Source: Chrysomallon squamiferum (Eukaryota; Animalia; Mollusca). From it: DNA of 64,000 bases. The notes under the pieces were generated by a model, which saw only the letters and a list, made by a program, of their open reading frames with translations, was not told the origin of the DNA and ran no database searches. The stretch lies in contig CM022673.1 in assembly GCA_012295275.1 (NCBI GenBank), positions 17,112,001-17,176,000 of the forward strand, given 5' to 3'. Shown here in pieces: positions 29,771-41,468 of this stretch. The first letter of the stretch is position 1, and each line of letters begins with the position of its first letter. The position numbers were made by a program, and so were the translations under genes.

Positions 29771-30134
29771 AATAAATAAACGTGATTACTTCCACGAATG
29801 CTATTTTTCTATACTCAGCATTTCGTTTGACTGCCAATGAAATATAAGTATGATTATTTGTATAAATAGTATTCTCTACGCCAAACATGTTAATTAGACT
29901 GTTAACATAAAGTGCGATATTTTGTGTCAAAAAAGGAAGCTCGCAGTTAATTAATAAGTCATTACATTAACAATATATGAAATTAGAAAAATATCCAATA
30001 AAAAGAAAATTATCATAAACTTTTATGGAGGTTGCGTATAGTTTATGGTTTCCCAAATCCTCCTTCAGAATAGTGATTTTACAGAACGATTAAATTAATT
30101 ATGTCGGTAATTTCACAACTGTCTTCAGATGTTT

Positions 30135-30177
<43 letters not shown>

Positions 30178-30775
30178 GCAGGATTGATTTACAATTATTT
30201 ATAAAGGTTGGAGAAAGTAATTTCGAATTTCTCTAAATTTATTAGTATAATTAATAATGGTGATCGAAGATGTAAACAATACTGAGCCTTTTGGCGAATA
30301 ATTAAATCTCATGGACTGTAAACTTATAACAGAAATGGTTTGACTATTAGTGTACAAACTAACAGAAATCGTTTGCTCGGAATTCTTATGGAGCATCATG
30401 GGAAGTAGAACAAGCAACAAAACAGCTATGATTGATTGAAGAACAACTAAACACAACTCTCTCTCGTACAGAAGAATTCCTCGTTCAGAACACAAAACAG
30501 TTATTATGAGGCAGGTTTAGAATGCTTGTCAAGTATTCTAATTAAAATATATATACATATTTCCGCTGTTGTTGTTTTTCCGTATCTGTTTTGCAGCCAA
30601 ATGTTTAAACTTATAGCTTTGATGTGTAGAAGTGTTGATGTACTTTTGTGGGAAACTAGTTTATCAGTTTCACATTATATGATGAAGAAATATGAAAATA
30701 TGAAAATGAAGAAGTAAAATCTGTGTTCTGACTCCAGACTTAAAAGCATAAATGAATATTATGTATTTCACAGCA

Positions 30776-30779
<4 letters not shown>

Positions 30780-30838
<59 letters not shown>

Positions 30839-31168
30839 TGATTGTTGTTGTTGTTGTTGTTGTTGTTATTTTATTATTTTAATATTTTATTATGTTTTTA
30901 TATCTTTTTTTTTCTCTTCTCATTTTGTTGTTGTTTCTTGTTAGAGTGGTAATATATTTAAACCCAAACTTGGTATGTTACTGTTACATTACTGAGAAAG
31001 AAAACTGTCACTTGAAAATGCATATGTTCAACTGGTTTGTTGATGAAAGCTAGGCTGACGCATTTTAACTTAATGAATCGTTCTTTCTGAGTGAGAATGT
31101 TTATTATAAAACGTGACAAACAAAATTAACTTCTTTATACATGTAACACCAATAATAATGATGTTTTG
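30780..31168 (-). repeat. Right arm of long inverted repeat (pairs with 26048-26378)
   Basis: TACATTACTGAGAAAGAAAACTGTCACTTGAAAATG and TTCAACTGGTTTGTTGATGAAAG are reverse complements of the left arm; roughly 80-90% identity by eye. Confidence 0.9.
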
Positions 31169-31639
31169 TTCTCTTTAACGAGATAATGAAAATAAGCTGG
31201 TGTGTAATGAAGAAAATAATTACATTTTCTTGTACGTAAACATCAAATTAAAAGTAACTAAATCATTTTTCTTTCTGTTTTTCGTATTATTTTGTTATTT
31301 AACAGTAGTGACGTTAGATCTCTTTTAGTAGGGGGCTGATCAGTTACAATTCAATTACGTCTTAATATAACATTTCAGTTAACAAGTACAACAGTAACTG
31401 TAACAGAATTGTAATTACTTACATAATAACAAGTTACCATTATAACTGACCACCTCCCGTGTGTTTTGGTACGTGATTGCGTGTTGTGCTTTCTGTACAT
31501 TAAATGTAGATTACAAATTTCGACAGACATTTGGAATACGTCTCAGAGTCATAAAAACCGTCTTCCTTAAATTTGATAGGAGCGGAAAAGGCATCTTTAT
31601 AACTGGTGCTACGCAGATCTAACAGGGGAAGTGTAAGGT

Positions 31640-31990
31640 ATCACTTTCTCTTCTCTCTCTAACATACTAACACTGCATTCTCTTCCAACTATTCTTTTAA
31701 CATACTAACACTGCATTCTCTTCCAACTATTCTTCTAACATACTAACACTGCATTCTCTTCCAACTATTCTTCTAACATACTAAAACAATACTTTCGTTA
31801 TAACCAATCTTCTACCAAATACTCTCTGTTCTCTTTGACAAATCATCTAACACCCTAATATTACACTCTTCTCTATAACTAATCTTCTAACATACTAACA
31901 CTATACTCTCATCTAACAAACTAATCTTCTAACATACTAACATACTCTCTCTTCTCTCTAACTAATCTTCTAACATACTAACACTACACT
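31640..31990. repeat. 38-bp minisatellite (AACATACTAACACTGCATTCTCTTCCAACTATTCTTCT), degenerating 3'
   Basis: Units at 31661, 31699 and 31737, then diverged copies. Confidence 0.9.
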
Positions 31991-33631
31991 GTGATCAGCA
32001 AACAATTCAGCCTTTTGGTAACTGTACAAGAAAGATTCAAATATTTACTAACTGAAGTTCTGATTTATACATAATTATATATATATTTTTTTATTTTATT
32101 ATTATTTTTTTTTCGTTTTTAAATACATTTTTTTTACCATGTTTTTTTACCATCAGTTAGCAACAGAAAAGGAAACATCCTTGACAGGGATGTTTGAGAA
32201 CGTACAAAATGTATTACCAATGTAGAAAAATCTTCTGTTAAAAGTGTTTTGTCATGATGATTGTCAGTGGAAATCCTGTGTACGTAAGAAAGCTAAAAAA
32301 AAAAAAAATAAAAAAAAAAAAATAAACTCTTGTTAGATCATTTATATTGGTTTGCAATAAGTTTTCTAAATGAGACCTCTCTGAGATGATGCCAAAATAA
32401 TGATGATGATGGAAATGATGATGGCAATGATAATAATGATAATGGTGATGATGATGATGACGATGATAATTTCAAAACGTTCGGTTATTCATCTCGATCT
32501 ATCCCCCTCCTCCCCCAAAAATTTAAATAAACTCCCGATTTTCAAGCAATACACAACAATTATCCAAAGTGGTTTATTTTGGTGGCAGGTTTTCGAAAGT
32601 TGTTGCCCTGTTATTAGTTCTTTTTAAACGCGTTGTATAGTTAAAATGAGCACTCGTTTCATTCGGCCATGAATAAAAGAGCCACGCCATTAATGAGTCG
32701 ACGCAAGCCTATTGCCCAATGTTTGTAAAACCAAAAAGTCAAAGCCAGACTACGTTTTCATTCAGATTTCCACGCGATTTTCCACTGACACGTGTCTGGA
32801 CATTTCCTAGTCGCTTTTAGACTCGGCTGCTGCAGTGTACTGGCGTTCAAATTTGGTTTCAAGAAAACTTCACGATAATATATATATATTTTTTTTCTTT
32901 CTGATTTCAGTAGTATTACTTTTACGATGTTTTAAGCGATAATATCTTAAAATTGCCAGTGTGTGAAACATTAATAATTAAAATTTTATCCATTAAGTGT
33001 GTAGATGGTGTCAGGCGTGGACACAGTTATTTGCCCGAGAGAAGTAATTTGGAAATCACAACTAGTTCTCGAAAAAACAACTATTCAGCGTACATACATG
33101 AAATTACAAACTAATGATTTTCATGATGCTGAATGTCCATTTCTTTTCATATGCATTCGTGTTTTTTTTTTTTTTAAAGTGTATAAAGGTTTGTAATTGT
33201 GAGGTGGGGAGCGAGTGATTATCACCCCTTAATTACTTTGAATATAGTTTTAGTTCAGTATTTTAAGTATTATACAAAACGGAAACAGTTATGTTTATGT
33301 TCTATTTTACTTATTTTTATTATTTTATTTATTACTTTATTTGATATTATTACTGCTTCTAATACTAGTATCACTACTACTACTACTAGTACTACTACTA
33401 CTACTGATAATATTACTACTACTGCTACTGCTATTACTACTATTATTTACTTATTTATTCATTCGTTCATTCATTCATTCATTCGTTCATTCATTCATTC
33501 ATTCATTCATTCATTCATTTATCAGTTTCAAAGCAAGAAAAATGTGTCCAAAGTGTGCCTATAAATAAGTGTATATATTTTTTATCTACTCATAAGCGGA
33601 TTTTGAGTACATCCGGACTTACTCTCTCTCT

Positions 33632-33666
<35 letters not shown>

Positions 33667-33896
33667 TGAAACATTACGACTGTAGCCACAAGCTATTAAC
33701 AATCGATATTTTCTAACTTAGACACAAGTAAACGAAATTTTCTGGAATATGGAGTAGAAAATAAGAGGTATTTTTTTGACAATTTAAGTGAAGCTTAAGG
33801 AATCCCGTTGGAATAAGTAGTGCTGATAATAGCATAAGAAGAACCGAGAGGGCAAAGGTTTGTTAGATCGAATCCCATTAGATGGCAATTAGAAAC

Positions 33897-33982
<86 letters not shown>

Positions 33983-34582
33983 TATGTTAAACACTTTCTT
34001 ACTTAATAAAAGGCTTTTCTATTTTCCTGTGATCAGAACTACAAGCATAAGTTTACTTCCGGCACGAAATTCTACTTCGTTATGGTCGTTTCGTCATTTA
34101 ACCACGAAACTAAGTAATATGTTATTTCTCGTGGGATTGTTCCTGTTGTCATGTACACCACAGACTGAATAGCTTTAATGATTACTTGCTTAGTCTGTCT
34201 CCACCCATAACCCTGAATCTGCTTTAACAACGAAATTTGATTCACGCAAAAGAATTTCGCTGATTCCAAAACTAAAATGAACACTAAAAAACTGCAGTTA
34301 AAAACGATACTGATGTATTATAAACAAAGTAAACATATATATATTGTATTTAGTTCTTTGTTTTATTATTTATTTATTTATTTATTATTATTATTATTTT
34401 TATTAATAATAATAATATTATTATTAACCATTTAACATTTCAATATTCATTTTCTCTCGATTTTCCGTTATTTCTCGTTATTTATTTTTTCGTTCTTTCT
34501 TTCGCTCTTGATCATAGTTTTTTCTTTTAAAAAGAAAAAGTAATTATAAATAAAATAAAATAAAATAAAATAAAATAAAAAA

Positions 34583-34617
<35 letters not shown>

Positions 34618-34655
34618 AATAATTAATAAATACTACTATTACTAGTACTACTGCC

Positions 34656-34701
<46 letters not shown>

Positions 34702-35360
34702 GTAATAATAAGAATTGTTATGTCTATAGCGCTTACAGCTGAATCTTAACTATATGAAATTATTTCTTCTGGAAAACACGAGGACTAAAAAGATTGAATT
34801 CTATATTAACTTATAGTAAATTTATGTTAAGTATAGGTAAATATTTCATAATAAATGATTAATTTTTTGTTTTGTTTTGTTTTTTTGGCCGATTATATAT
34901 TGGACATTATTCCTACTTACGAATGTTTGTGTGTGTATATGTATGTATGTATGTATGTGTGTGTGTGTATATATATATATACATACATACATATATATAC
35001 ATATATATATACATACACACACATACACATACATCTCTCTCAAATAAAACATCTAAAACATGAATATAGATATATATATATATATATATAGATAGATAGA
35101 TAGATATATAGATAGATAGATACACACATATACATATACACAGCTACTCAGTCTTTAATGACTTTTTGTAATAATATTAAAGAACTATTTCCTTTTTAGA
35201 ATATGTACATGTATATAAGATGTAAAAATCGTTCATGTTTCATCCAAAAATTTTATTTATTCATTTATTTATATTTTGTTGACTGTGGGTTGGGTTACGT
35301 TTGTAGTAATAAATAAATAATATGGGATAATTAACTGTTCTCATTGAATAGTCTCTCAGA

Positions 35361-36740
35361 CTACGTTTTATCAGCGTTTATATCAGTCACATATATTTTT
35401 CCAGTTCTCCAGTCACTGATGTACAACAACTCAGATGTCACGTGAACGCACGTGGGTTGCACGATACCACTTAGTCTCGATAACAAAACGGAGGTCCTAG
35501 AACTGACCTTATTGATCGAGACCACCCTGTTAGAGGAATCTATGGTAATAAAGGAATCAGATCCGTGAAAGCTTACACTCAGAGGTTTAATAAAATTTGT
35601 TCGAGTGGATCCAGAGAAGAACCATAAAACATGACCTTCCTGACTTATGCACGTGACGCCAGAAGAAGAACCAATCAAAATTTCGTTTGCTGAACTCACA
35701 GCCAGCGACGTTTTCCAGACATCCCCTTTAATTCCCGTTTTGATAGTATGTACCACGTGACCGTCGAGCGATATTACGTCAATAAACAATTGTTTTGTTT
35801 TGTTGTAGCTGACGGCCAGTTTTGTATTGTTGATAAGTCGGATTCCATGATAAAATTCTTCCACTGGTATTCTGCACTTCAAACTGAGGCTGGAGGTCAC
35901 ATTCACGAGAAGCAGCTGTTGGTGATTGGTCGTCACGGCAACCGTACTGTCGTCTATTGCAGTCACGTGCCAAGGAATACAGTCCACTTCTGGGTCCGAT
36001 AAAGAATGAGACTTGAAGCCCATACAAAGACGACAGTGGTACGAAGAATAAAAAGCCTTCATACATCTGTTTATCCAGTCGCAGACGACAATTACATTAG
36101 CAGACGACAGTGTAGTAATATCACCAATTACTGGATGGAACAAATCACCAGCTATTTTAGATGAAACAGTTTTTTCAAACGTAATTTTATTTTCTACGCT
36201 ACTAGAATTCAAAATATTGTCTCTCTCATCATCTGTTAGGGAAAGACAGCACTTTCTGATTTTCCCTAATGTCTGACCAGGTACAACATTAGGAACGAAA
36301 GAAAATTTCGTCACCTCTGTCTGTTCAGGAAAAGATAACTTGTCCAACTCCTCTCTGATTTCATTCTGTATTTTGGCAACCTTTTGTTCTAAGTTATTTT
36401 CAGAAAAAGTCTTGATTGTTAAAACATTCAATTTCAGACATATTTCGTTCATTGATATCAACAATGTCTGCAGCTCTTGTTCCGTGCTTTTTAGTTTTGT
36501 TAATTCCGAGTCGGTGTTTTTGTTCAGAAAGTTGATGCATTGTTGAGCATTAGTGTGAATCGTGTCAATCATACGTTTCTCCCACTGCCTTATTTCATCA
36601 GAAATTGTCTTCCTCGACTCTACAACAACATCAAAGTATTGTTTGATGTCTGCTAATTTGATGACCACTTTTTCACTTTCTTTTGTCAGAATGTGAGTGT
36701 AGCATCTCAGAAGAGTCTGTAATTGTTCGCATTCGGACAT
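35361..36740 (-). CDS. TRIM/B-box-family-related protein: N-terminal coiled coil plus C-terminal NHL-like beta-propeller; uninterrupted ORF of 459 aa
   Basis: Non-repetitive 1380-nt ORF. Residues ~1-140 are heptad-rich (EIRQWEKRMIDTIH...ELTKLKSTEQELQTLL). The C-terminal half has beta-strand repeats (IVVCDWINRCMKAF, PWHVTAIDDSTVAVT, PLSVSF, PTCVHVTSELLYISDW) like invertebrate TRIM2/3/71-like expansions. AATAAA on the minus strand near 35232-35237. Confidence 0.8.
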   Translation of the reverse strand: MSECEQLQTLLRCYTHILTKESEKVVIKLADIKQYFDVVVESRKTISDEIRQWEKRMIDTIHTNAQQCINFLNKNTDSELTKLKSTEQELQTLLISMNEICLKLNVLTIKTFSENNLEQKVAKIQNEIREELDKLSFPEQTEVTKFSFVPNVVPGQTLGKIRKCCLSLTDDERDNILNSSSVENKITFEKTVSSKIAGDLFHPVIGDITTLSSANVIVVCDWINRCMKAFYSSYHCRLCMGFKSHSLSDPEVDCIPWHVTAIDDSTVAVTTNHQQLLLVNVTSSLSLKCRIPVEEFYHGIRLINNTKLAVSYNKTKQLFIDVISLDGHVVHTIKTGIKGDVWKTSLAVSSANEILIGSSSGVTCISQEGHVLWFFSGSTRTNFIKPLSVSFHGSDSFITIDSSNRVVSINKVSSRTSVLLSRLSGIVQPTCVHVTSELLYISDWRTGKIYVTDINADKT

Positions 36741-37548
36741 AATGCATACAACTGGTTATGCGTGTGATGTGCAGATGTAATTAAGTGGTTCTCTGTTTGT
36801 CTAAATAGCTGACTGATTTACTAAATATCAATCTATAATTCACTGACTGTTCAAATAGCCGATTCGCTAAATAACAGTGTAAAATTAATTCACTGACACT
36901 TTAGATAACTAACTGGATAACTGCTCACGCGCTAACTTGCATCACAGAAATGTAGTTACTAGCGTGCTAGTTGGCTGAACGGATGTGACTGATCGTGCAG
37001 AGGGGCAAGCGAGATTTCTGACTAGCTTGTTGTCACTGGATAACTGGTTGAGAGGCAGACGACTAGATAACATTATTCAGGCATGTCTCAGTTCGTTTTT
37101 CATTTTATATGTAGTTTCGGCATACGTGCTACTGCAATAAATATTTTAAGCATGTTAAAAAACAAGTTTACAAAAATATATTTGAAAAATAATTATAAAA
37201 CCTACGAAAATTAAACACAAGAAAGCGTGCACATACGAAGATACCTTTCCTCGTTATTACTTTCTCAATAATAATAATAATAAGAAGAAGAAGAAGAAGA
37301 AGAAAAATCGGAGAATAAAATTAAACAAAAAATAAATAAAAAATACGAGAAGCAAAATAACGCCTGTAACAAGTAACATTTGTCAATTTTAATCGAGCCA
37401 TTTATAAAACGAAATTACTAAAACATTCAGACGGTCATCAACGCAAGCTATTATTTGAATTAGTTGTATTTATTTTAGCTAATACCTTTTACACTGATCG
37501 GCAATTATATTCATAATTATCAAAACAAAATTTATTTTAATGTCTTAC

Positions 37549-37930
37549 CTTGTGTAAAAACTAAATTGTGCCTTTGATATATGAAATAATCGTTCTCTGC
37601 ATGGTGCTTGATAAAACAAGTCAGAACGAAAGCTGTTTTAATCTCGTGTATTGAATTACCACCCTGCACCCGTTCTTTATCACCACACGTCTGTACACTC
37701 GAGTCAAAGTCTATAAAGTATAGATAGTGTTGTTATTTTAGCTTGGAGCGGCAAAAGCACACAGGAGTCCCAGTTTGTGAATTAAAATAAAACGTGAATC
37801 ATAATGTAGGGAGAAGAAACGGCGTGACCGTGACGTAACCAATAGTAAGACGTTGTGTCCTCAATGTGACTGATGACTAGAGGCATGTGTTGTCGAGAGA
37901 AAGAAGGGTGGATCGCCCAGGGAACAAAAT
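37549..37930 (-). promoter_or_regulatory. Probable promoter and non-coding first exon of the TRIM-like gene
   Basis: Minus-strand donor AAG|GTAAG at 37549/37548; candidate acceptor TATTGCAG at 37134-37132; CpG-richer patch with TGACGTAA and CCAAT at about 37831-37843. Confidence 0.45.
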
Positions 37931-38351
37931 TGTAATGTTTTGTGGAAATAAGAATTGATATAAGCTAATCAAGCAAGAAAGAGTAAATAGGGTGAAAAAT
38001 TGCTCTTCCTTTTCATAATTTTTTAATTTCGATCTTTATTTTATGTGTGTGTGTGTGTGTGTGTGTTTGTTGCATAACGTCACAGAAGAAATCAGCTCCC
38101 TGAATTGTTATTATATAATGATTGGATTCAATAAAATAAAATTGCAAATATATCCCATTATTGTTAACAGACCCTTTGTGTACCGATATTTGCTGTTACA
38201 GCCTAAGACTCACATCTAATTTATCTAAAGTCTTATGTGCTTTCCCATGAAGATGCACATTTAACATCCACTGAAAAAGAAAAAGGGGAGAGGAGCAGAC
38301 ATTTAAAAATAAATAAATAAATAAATAAACGTTAAGATTATTATTGTATAC

Positions 38352-38392
<41 letters not shown>

Positions 38393-40374
38393 TAAAAAAA
38401 TAAAACAAAATGGATTCTTTACTTGTAATACCTTTATGTAACAGACTTATAATACTAAATTGGAGCGGTTTCTCCTGAAAATATTCATGGTTGCTGTATT
38501 TAACATATTATTTTATTTCTGAGTATTTCATGTCATTATATCATTTCTACTTATTTCTCTGATTGGACTTTTTCACTATTTGAGTCAGTGCTCATAACTG
38601 CAGTATCTGACTGATACTAGTATGTGACTAAAAAAGTGCATTTAAAAGAGATAAACTGTCAGAGCAGTCCACTGAAAGGCTGCTGCAAGTTTTATCTTTC
38701 ATATTGTCCTTATAAATAAATAAAATAAAATAAATTAAAATAAATTTTAAAATCATGAAAGGAAAAAAAAGATAACAACAAACATATTTCAAGTTAATTA
38801 TTTTATATGCTAAATAAACTGACAGAGCTAAAGATATTGCATCTAACATTTTAATTACTAACGTGTGTGTGTATGTATGTGAATTTTTAACAATACTAGA
38901 GTATACCAGCAGAAACAAATACAGATTACAGAACATTTTTTTCTCTAATTATAAACTTGTGCTAACAATAGCTTAATTTCAAACATAATAGCATAAAATT
39001 AGCAAATATATTATTTTATCATTATGCCAATATATTAGTATCTTATTAAAGAACAAAAATAAAAAATAAATAAATAAATAAATAAATTAAAAAAATAAAA
39101 ATATGAACAAGTAAAAAACTATTTTTTTTCTGTCTTCTCACTTACTAATACTGTGAATGTCTGAATAGTAAATATATATTATTAATATTCAAAGGTCACA
39201 CAACACAAGGAAATAATTAAAACTGATATACTGTATTTGCCTGACATGGTTTGCATTATTTATTTAGTACAAAATACATATAATAATAATAATAACAATA
39301 ACAATACCCTGAACTTAATGATAGCAATATATAATAAAATGAATTTAATGATATCATTTTCTCAGAAGCAGAAACAAAATCACTTTGGATGATAATATAT
39401 AATCAAAATATATTATAAATCTATTTTTAAAATTATTTCAGAAAATCATCTATGTTCAATGTTCATGAAAGACCAAGACAACAAAATTTATAGATTTAAA
39501 ATACACTCATAAATATTTACAGAAAATATTAATAAAAAAATTTAATTTTATTATTATTATTGTTGTTATTTTATTGGTTTTGATAAATATAATAACTTCA
39601 TTTATTTTTCTCTTGTTGATATGCAAAAATAAAAAAAAAACAATGATTATAAATGATTTTATAGTTGTGGTTACTAGTGTAGATTTCAAGTGTTTCAATG
39701 ACCATGCAATCAACTTCAATTCGTGCTATTAAATGTTTCTGTGAATCTATATACATGTATATGAAAACAAACAGAAAACTGGTAATGTGCATAGGCACTT
39801 TAACATGAATAAAAAATCTTTTTAGTTATGTTTTTGCAAGATTAACCCCCTTGACTCCTGTGTGGGAACTGGCACCAGCATAAATTATCACAACAAACAA
39901 ATATGCTTTAACATTCTGAAAAATTATGAATTTAAACAAAAAGAAATTTCTTAAGTAAAAGTTTATTTTCCTTTCACTTTTCTTTTATATTTTTTTTTAA
40001 ATTGTATTATCCAAATGCAAAGTAGATGTTAAAACTTCTAATATTCTAAGAACAACAAGAAACCAAGTTAACTACAATTTTAAATACTGATTTCTTGCAT
40101 TAAAAACAATATTTATCTTGCACATATTTCATAAATAACATCTCTACAATTTCACAAGTACAGTTTGTATGTTCCTGCCAGATAGTTACCTAAACATCAT
40201 GTTATTTCATTCTGCATAACAGAGAAATATTAGTTATGTTTTAATAAACAATTGTACATCATATTTAATAAAACACAGAAAATCTTAAAAAGCATTATAT
40301 GACAAATTTGTATAATGAAAGTGTTAAATTGAGCTCCAGAGAGGTTTTGTTAAACAAACATCAAACATACAATT

Positions 40375-41436
40375 TCAGGATCGCACATCAACTCGGCAAA
40401 CTGGACATGTAGCATTAGACTGAAAAAAAAAAACATACTGTTAAAAGAAATTAAAAACCACATATAAATGTAATATACAAATTAAAATTAAATAAAAAAT
40501 AAAAAATCAGTTAGAGAAATTAGTACACTGTAAAATCCAAACATGAAACCTGATTAAATACTACTACTAATAATAATAAGCAAAAAGCAATTTAGAAGAA
40601 TGAAAACCAGTAAAACCAATAAATTAAAATCAGTAAAAATACTTAAAAATCTCTGATATAATAGTAAGCAAAAAATTAAAATCACCATATTTAAAAACAC
40701 CAGAATATTATAACTGCCTCTAAGTTTTAAAATACTGAAGATTTTATTATTAATATATATTTTTTAAATTAAACTGTATGATAAATGAAATAAATAATTG
40801 AAGAAAAAACCTAATAAAAATGAAATAAATCCAAGAAGTACAAACCTTGAGCCATTTATCAATGCACTTTGCGTGGAATTCGTGGAAACATGGCAGGATG
40901 CGTTGTTTTTCTCCTGATCTGTACTCACACATACAAATCATACACTCCTCACAGTCTTCTGATGGTCCGTCAGCTTTTTTATAGTCGCGTGTTGGCAGTC
41001 GATTGATTTCTGTTGAATTAATTCCTTTGGATTTCACATCTCCCAGATTCTCAGCTAGTTCAAGCAATTCCTGGCAAATGAATAACAAGATATACACAAC
41101 TTACAGCTCTTATTTTTGAAAGTGATATTGAAAAAGAAGTCTTAAAAAACCTGCTACTCTGCTCTGTTGAAGAGTAAGGAATTATTTTATCAGCCTATGT
41201 ATTTCAGTACAGCTTTCTTTTTGACTACTCTTTGTAGTGTTCAAGTTACATGCAAACACAGGGATGATCACAGACAACATACAATTAGTTTGAGATGCCT
41301 GTTCTAAAACCTCATACCTGTATTCATTATTAAAATAATGGCCATTAAGTTGAAATATTAAAAGAGTGTAAGATAAAAGAACCTTAATAGGATGTACTCT
41401 TTTATCTTTTAAATTGGTGTGTGTGTGTGTGTGTGT

Positions 41437-41468
<32 letters not shown>

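Noticed and set aside
1485-35125. Dozens of ORFs rich in poly-T/V/L/Y or HT/CV/LS/RE repeats
   Set aside because: They are translations of di-, tri- and tetranucleotide microsatellites with no domain signature or coherent splice structure.
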